From an uncultured virus (IMG/VR IMGVR_UViG_3300006149_000734) (Duplodnaviria; Heunggongvirae; Uroviricota; Caudoviricetes), in IMG/VR virus record IMGVR_UViG_3300006149_000734: a stretch of 20,353 nucleotides of DNA; one strand, 5' to 3'. Every line of letters starts with the position of its first letter. The first letter of the stretch is position 1. The translations under genes were made by a program, and so were the position numbers. Below the pieces are notes generated by a model that was not told where the DNA came from, ran no database searches, and worked only from the letters and a program-made list of their open reading frames with translations. Shown in pieces: positions 15,780-20,353 of this stretch.

Positions 15780-16396
15780 AGGTCGTAAGGAAAAAGCTGG
15801 CCGAACTGCATAGGTCGGAGAGAAATGTCCGTATTCATTCCGACAAGCAGCTTGCCGAGTTCAGGCGATCCATTGAGATGTTTGGACAGATCCGGCCCAT
15901 CGTAATTGATGAGGGCGGGACGATCCTGGCGGGGAATGGACTGTATGAAGCCCTGCACATCATGGAACGGACCGAGGCGGATTGCTATGTTGCCGCCGGG
16001 CTGTCGGAGTCGCAGAAGAAAAAGCTGATGCTGGCGGACAACCGTATCTTCTCACTGGGCGTTGACGATCTCCAAGGCTTTGATGAAATCATTGCGGGGC
16101 TGGATGATCTGGATGTCCCCGGATATGACGAGGACCTTCTGAAAACCCTGACCGCAGATTTGAATGACGCGGACGAAATGCTGGCAGGCTATGGCATCAT
16201 CGGTGATGAAGCTAAGGCCGGGATGAAGAAGGCTGAGGACCGTTATGCGCAGAAGTCAGAGGAATTTACCCAGGGGGCGGAGGAAGTTAAACCGGCCCCA
16301 GCCCCGCCTGTGGAGGCCGCCGTGGAGGAACGTACTGCGGAGCTTGACCGCCGCTATATCATCTGCCCGAAGTGTGGTGAAAAGATATGGCTATAA
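15776..16396 (+). CDS. ParB/Srx N-terminal domain protein with C-terminal CPKC zinc knuckle
   Basis: N.R.H..Q...SI..FGQIRPIVID...ILAGNG...ADNR pattern; ATGA overlap with the transporter. Confidence 0.88.
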   Translation: MKVVRKKLAELHRSERNVRIHSDKQLAEFRRSIEMFGQIRPIVIDEGGTILAGNGLYEALHIMERTEADCYVAAGLSESQKKKLMLADNRIFSLGVDDLQGFDEIIAGLDDLDVPGYDEDLLKTLTADLNDADEMLAGYGIIGDEAKAGMKKAEDRYAQKSEEFTQGAEEVKPAPAPPVEAAVEERTAELDRRYIICPKCGEKIWL

Positions 16397-17544
16397 AGAC
16401 GATTGAGAGCCGCATGGATGTGGTCGAAGCGGCAAAACAGCGCGTTACCAACGTCTTTTCCAACGGCGTCCGGGTCTACATGTCCTTTTCTGCGGGGAAA
16501 GACAGCCTATGCATGTCCCACCTTGTCTATGAGAAAATCCTGAGTGGGGAGATAGACCCCAAACTGCTGACAGTGATTTTCATTGATGAGGAGGCTATTT
16601 ATGCCAGCATGGAGCAGATGGCCCTACGCTGGCACAAACGGTTTATTTCTGTGGGCGCGGAGTTTCGCTGGTATTGCCTGCCAGTGAAGCAGGTTTCGTG
16701 CCTGCATCAGCTTCAGAACGACGAAGCGTGGATCACTTGGGAGCCAGGGAAAACCTGGATTCGGGACGTGCCCCCATTTGCGATAACGCGCGACCCTCGC
16801 TTAAAGTACACCGGACAGATGAATTACCAGACCTTTTGCAAAACGATCACCAAAGATGGGATACAGATGGTTGGTGTGCGTGCTGCGGAGTCCGTCCATC
16901 GGCGGTTGTATCTGGCAAACGCTGATTTGAAAGCCGACGGGTTGAGCTGCGAGAACAAGGTCTTTCCGATCTACGACTGGAAGGATAGCGATGTCTGGTT
17001 GTATATCAAGGAACACAACCTGGATTATCCGGATGCCTATATCGACCTTTACCGGGCCGGGGCTACCAAGAACTATCTGCGGTTGAGTACCTTCTTCGGA
17101 GCAGAGAGCATTGCGGGCCTTCGGCATATCGCGGAAACGCAGCCGGAGCTGTGGGCGCGGATTGAGGAGCGGGAACCGAATGCCTATTTGACCCTGCTTT
17201 ATTGGGACAGCGAAATGTTCAAGCGCAGTACCCGAAAGCGGATGGAGATGGAAGGAGAGTCCAAGAAGGACTACAGGAAGCTTTGCCGGCAGATGCTTTT
17301 CGTGGAGCCGGAGAAGTATTTTACCAATGCCGGTACCCGCCGGGTGGCGGATCGCTACCGGCGGTTCTATGTCAAGAGCCACGATTTTATGCGGACCCGG
17401 GACTTCAAGCAGATGTACGAGGCAATGCTTGCTGGTGATCCGAAGCTGAGAACTCTGCGGGCCCTATACGTCACAGTATATTCCGCCTATGCAAAATACG
17501 CCGGGGAAAGTGCGGCGCGGCGGGAGGTGAACACAGATGCCTGA
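16387..17544 (+). CDS. PP-loop PAPS-reductase-like protein (YbdN/IbrA, DUF3440-like)
   Basis: PP-loop SFSAGKDS, FIDEE, WYCLP, VGVRAAES..R, FPIYDWKDSDVW. Confidence 0.9.
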   Translation: MAIKTIESRMDVVEAAKQRVTNVFSNGVRVYMSFSAGKDSLCMSHLVYEKILSGEIDPKLLTVIFIDEEAIYASMEQMALRWHKRFISVGAEFRWYCLPVKQVSCLHQLQNDEAWITWEPGKTWIRDVPPFAITRDPRLKYTGQMNYQTFCKTITKDGIQMVGVRAAESVHRRLYLANADLKADGLSCENKVFPIYDWKDSDVWLYIKEHNLDYPDAYIDLYRAGATKNYLRLSTFFGAESIAGLRHIAETQPELWARIEEREPNAYLTLLYWDSEMFKRSTRKRMEMEGESKKDYRKLCRQMLFVEPEKYFTNAGTRRVADRYRRFYVKSHDFMRTRDFKQMYEAMLAGDPKLRTLRALYVTVYSAYAKYAGESAARREVNTDA

Positions 17545-18064
17545 GGCAGTAAATGTATTCACCCCGTTGTCCACGCTGCAGTGGGTGGACCGCAATCTGC
17601 TGAAAGCCAATGACTACAACCCCAATAGGGTCAGTGAGGATAACCTGAAGCTGTTGATCCAATCCATCCTGACCAACGGCTGGACGCTGCCGATTGTGGT
17701 ACGTCCGGACTATACCATCATTGACGGCTTCCATCGGTGGACAGTATCAGGCCGGGAGCCGCTGCATACCAAGCTCCAAGGCAAGGTGCCTGTGGTAATC
17801 GTGGCCCACAACGATAGGAGCAATGATATTTACGGTACCATCACCCATAATAGAGCACGTGGTACACACCTGCTGGAACCTATGAAAGCCATTGTGAAGC
17901 AGCTGATTGATGACGGAAAGAGTATTCCTGAAATCGGGAAGCAGCTGGGCATGAAGCCGGAAGAGATATTCCGGCTGTCTGATTTCTCCCGTGATGATTT
18001 CCTGGAGATGATGACCAAGGGCATACAGGGGTATAGCAAGGCCGTTATCTACAAGAAGGTATGA
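17537..18064 (+). CDS. ParB/Srx domain protein (YbdM/IbrB-like)
   Basis: ANDYNPN, GWTLPIVV, IIDGFHRW, TITHNRARG.H and a C-terminal HTH; GGAGGTG RBS. Confidence 0.9.
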   Translation: MPEAVNVFTPLSTLQWVDRNLLKANDYNPNRVSEDNLKLLIQSILTNGWTLPIVVRPDYTIIDGFHRWTVSGREPLHTKLQGKVPVVIVAHNDRSNDIYGTITHNRARGTHLLEPMKAIVKQLIDDGKSIPEIGKQLGMKPEEIFRLSDFSRDDFLEMMTKGIQGYSKAVIYKKV

Positions 18065-18199
18065 ACGGCCAAGGGCGCGGGCCGACGCTGACGGCCCCGT
18101 GGAGCGTTAGGACCCGCGCCCCGGGGTTTACCCGTCCTGCCTGCTGTCTCGTCCCCCACGGGGCTGACAGGGCGCTGGGGAGGGCAGTCTGATGGCGTG

Positions 18200-18300
18200 G
18201 ACCAGAAAAGGTACTGTGACACCCCCACCCGGTAGGGTGCGGGCTCGCTGACCCCAAAAAACGGGTAGTTAGTCAAAAAATTTTTCGCCTGTTCCGTTCC
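18200..18300 (+). other. Candidate cos/packaging-initiation region
   Basis: Non-coding DNA directly upstream of terS with AAAAGGTACTGTGAC, GC-rich dyads and an A/T tract; position expected for GpA-type terminases. Cut site not determined. Confidence 0.4.
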
Positions 18301-18339
18301 GCATTTTGGATTTTGGTCTGGGAAGGAGGGAGCCCCGCT

Positions 18340-18897
18340 GTGGCAAACAAGATTACGACCGATACAGAGGTCAGCACGTCCGAGCTGGCCTGTGTCTTGG
18401 GCATAACCGCACGCTATGTCCGGCAGCTGACGGAGGACGGCCATCTGGAGAAAATCAAGCAGGGCCGATATGCGCTGTGCGCATCTGTCCAGAAGTATAT
18501 CGACTCCCGGGAGGCGGTGACGGAGGACGACGCGAAGCTGGAAAAGGCCAAGCGCGCCGCCGAGGTCACGTTGAAAACCTCCAAGGCCCACATTGCCAAG
18601 ATGGAAGCTGACGAGCTGAGGGGCAAAATGCACCGCTCCGAAGATGTGGAGGCCCTGACCGCAGACCTGATCTATAGCATTCGGGGGTCGCTCCTTGCGC
18701 TCCCCGGGCGGCTGGCGGTGGATGTGGCCGCCGTGAAAACCCCCGCCGAGGCTGCCGAGGTTATCCGCAAAGAGGTTGCCCTGCTCATGCAAGAGCTGTC
18801 GCAATATCAGTATGACCCGAAGAAATACGAGGAACGGGTCAGGAAGCGGATGGACTGGGACACGGATATAGGTTCGGGTGACAGCGAGGATGAATAG
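18340..18897 (+). CDS. Terminase small subunit (Nu1-like, N-terminal HTH)
   Basis: AAGGAGG RBS, GTG 18340; VSTSELACVLGITARYVRQL HTH plus coiled coil; overlaps terL start. Confidence 0.85.
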   Translation: MANKITTDTEVSTSELACVLGITARYVRQLTEDGHLEKIKQGRYALCASVQKYIDSREAVTEDDAKLEKAKRAAEVTLKTSKAHIAKMEADELRGKMHRSEDVEALTADLIYSIRGSLLALPGRLAVDVAAVKTPAEAAEVIRKEVALLMQELSQYQYDPKKYEERVRKRMDWDTDIGSGDSEDE

Positions 18898-20353
18898 CGG
18901 AAACGTACAGCGGTTAAACGCTGTCGTCGCCAAAGTCATGGCCGGCATGAAGCCCCCGGAGAATCTGACTGTTACCGAGTGGGCGGAGAAGCGGCGGCGC
19001 TTGTCCACGGAGAGCAGCGCGGAGCCGGGGCCGTGGCGGACCACCCGCACTCCCTACCTCCGGGAGCCGATGAACGCTTTTACAGATCCCCGCGTGCGGA
19101 GGATTGTCATGGTGGCGGCGTCCCAGGTGGGAAAATCCGAATTAGAAAATAATATTATCGGCTACATCATCGACGAGGACCCAGGCAGTATTCTCTACAT
19201 TCATCCCACTACCATTGACGCTAAAGAGTATTCCAAGCTCCGTATTGCGCCAATGATTCGGGATTGTCCCACGCTGCGCCGGAAAGTGGCCGCGCCCAAG
19301 AGCCGGGATAGCGGGAACACGGTGCTTCAAAAGACTTACCCCGGCGGTATCCTGACCATGTGCGGCTCTACCGAGGCCCACGCCCTGGCGTCGAAGCCTA
19401 TCCGGTATGTGCTGGGTGACGAGCGGGACCGTTGGGCCCCGTCCGCCGGAAACGAGGGCGACCCCTGGGGGCTGGCAATGGCCCGCCAGACCACGTTCTA
19501 CAACGCTAAGGCGGTGGAGGTCAGCACCCCCACTGTCAAGAATGTCAGCGCGATTGCGGACAGCTATGCCGAAGGGACGATGGAACGCTGGAAATCCAAG
19601 TGCCCGCACTGCGGAGAGTACCATGAAATCCAGTGGAAGGATATCCGGTATGAGTATGAAACCAAGGAGGTCAACCAAAAAAAGACCTACAAGGTAAAGT
19701 CGATCATGTATGTCTGCCCTGGGTGTGCCGCGGTATCCGATGAAGTCACCATGAAGCGCCAGCCCGCCCAGTGGGAGGCGGACAACCCGGACGCCTATGC
19801 TCAGGGCGTCCGTTCTTTTTGGCTGAATGCCTTTGTCAGTCAGTGGGCCAGCTGGGAATCCATCATCTTGAAATTCTTAAATGCTGTCGGGAACTCTCGG
19901 AAGCTCCAGGTGGTTTACAACACCTGTTTTGGAGAGTTGTGGGAGGACCGGGGCGAACTGGAGGACGAGGACAGTTTGATGGCCCGCCGGGAGGAATACT
20001 CCGCCGAACTGCCGGACGGTGTTCTGGTGCTAACGGCTGGGGTGGATACCCAGGACAACCGCATGGAATATGAGGTTGTCGGCCACGGCCATTTTGGGGA
20101 AACCTGGGGCATTGAGAAGGGTATCGTCATGGGGCGTCCGGACGATGAAAAGACCTGGGCCAAGCTGGACGAGGTTTTATTTGACCGGGTGTTTCGTTTC
20201 GCGGACGGATTGGGCCTGCGGCTGTCGATGACCTTTGTGGACGAGGGTGGGCATTTCACCCAGGACGTGCGCCTCCAATGCAGGGCGCGTATCGGCAGGA
20301 AGGTATTTTGCATCAAAGGGATGTCCGGCCCGGATAGGCCCTATACTGCTCCA
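18890..20353 (+). CDS. Terminase large subunit, lambda GpA family (partial, runs off the right edge)
   Basis: ATG 18890; PGPWRTTRTPYLREPM, Walker A-like AASQVGKSE, Walker B LGDERD, VSTPT, CPHC, nuclease LTAGVDTQD. Confidence 0.95.
   Translation, partial: MNSGNVQRLNAVVAKVMAGMKPPENLTVTEWAEKRRRLSTESSAEPGPWRTTRTPYLREPMNAFTDPRVRRIVMVAASQVGKSELENNIIGYIIDEDPGSILYIHPTTIDAKEYSKLRIAPMIRDCPTLRRKVAAPKSRDSGNTVLQKTYPGGILTMCGSTEAHALASKPIRYVLGDERDRWAPSAGNEGDPWGLAMARQTTFYNAKAVEVSTPTVKNVSAIADSYAEGTMERWKSKCPHCGEYHEIQWKDIRYEYETKEVNQKKTYKVKSIMYVCPGCAAVSDEVTMKRQPAQWEADNPDAYAQGVRSFWLNAFVSQWASWESIILKFLNAVGNSRKLQVVYNTCFGELWEDRGELEDEDSLMARREEYSAELPDGVLVLTAGVDTQDNRMEYEVVGHGHFGETWGIEKGIVMGRPDDEKTWAKLDEVLFDRVFRFADGLGLRLSMTFVDEGGHFTQDVRLQCRARIGRKVFCIKGMSGPDRPYTAP

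Noticed and set aside
16387..17544. Sulfate-assimilation CysH as an auxiliary metabolic gene, or a full Dnd phosphorothioation system
   Set aside because: Lacks the C-terminal ECGLH motif of CysH, is paired with a YbdM/IbrB-like ParB, and no dndB/D/E or cysteine desulfurase is present in the window.
1..20353. CRISPR arrays, tRNA/rRNA genes, DGR reverse transcriptase, IS elements
   Set aside because: No regularly spaced repeats, cloverleaf, RT motifs or transposase ORFs seen by eye.

Overview
Phage-derived window from a GC-rich Firmicute (Clostridiales-like RBS and gene families), made of two blocks joined at about 8020. The left block (1-8019) is a temperate-phage control and integration module: leftward early genes (RHH/Cro-like, XRE), a rightward CI-like repressor, a membrane protein and an A118-type large serine recombinase. 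These are followed by a bidirectional terminator and a convergent operon of 11 small hypothetical genes. The right block (8020-20353) is a phage replication-to-packaging run on the + strand. It starts abruptly inside motif B of a family A DNA polymerase, then continues with a HAD protein, VirE primase/helicase, a probable origin, VRR-NUC, SNF2 helicase and an ArpU/RinA-like activator. Next come an unusual late operon (sodium:solute symporter, ParB-like, PP-loop PAPS-reductase-like, ParB/Srx) and lambda-type terminase subunits. Two observations stand out. (1) The junction looks like a serine-integrase att hybrid site that splits a phage DNA polymerase at the motif B lysine, implying either a prophage nested in another prophage's polymerase gene or a self-inversion switch. 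(2) The transporter + PP-loop + ParB cassette next to terminase is a candidate DNA-modification system. All calls are from reading the sequence; no searches were run.
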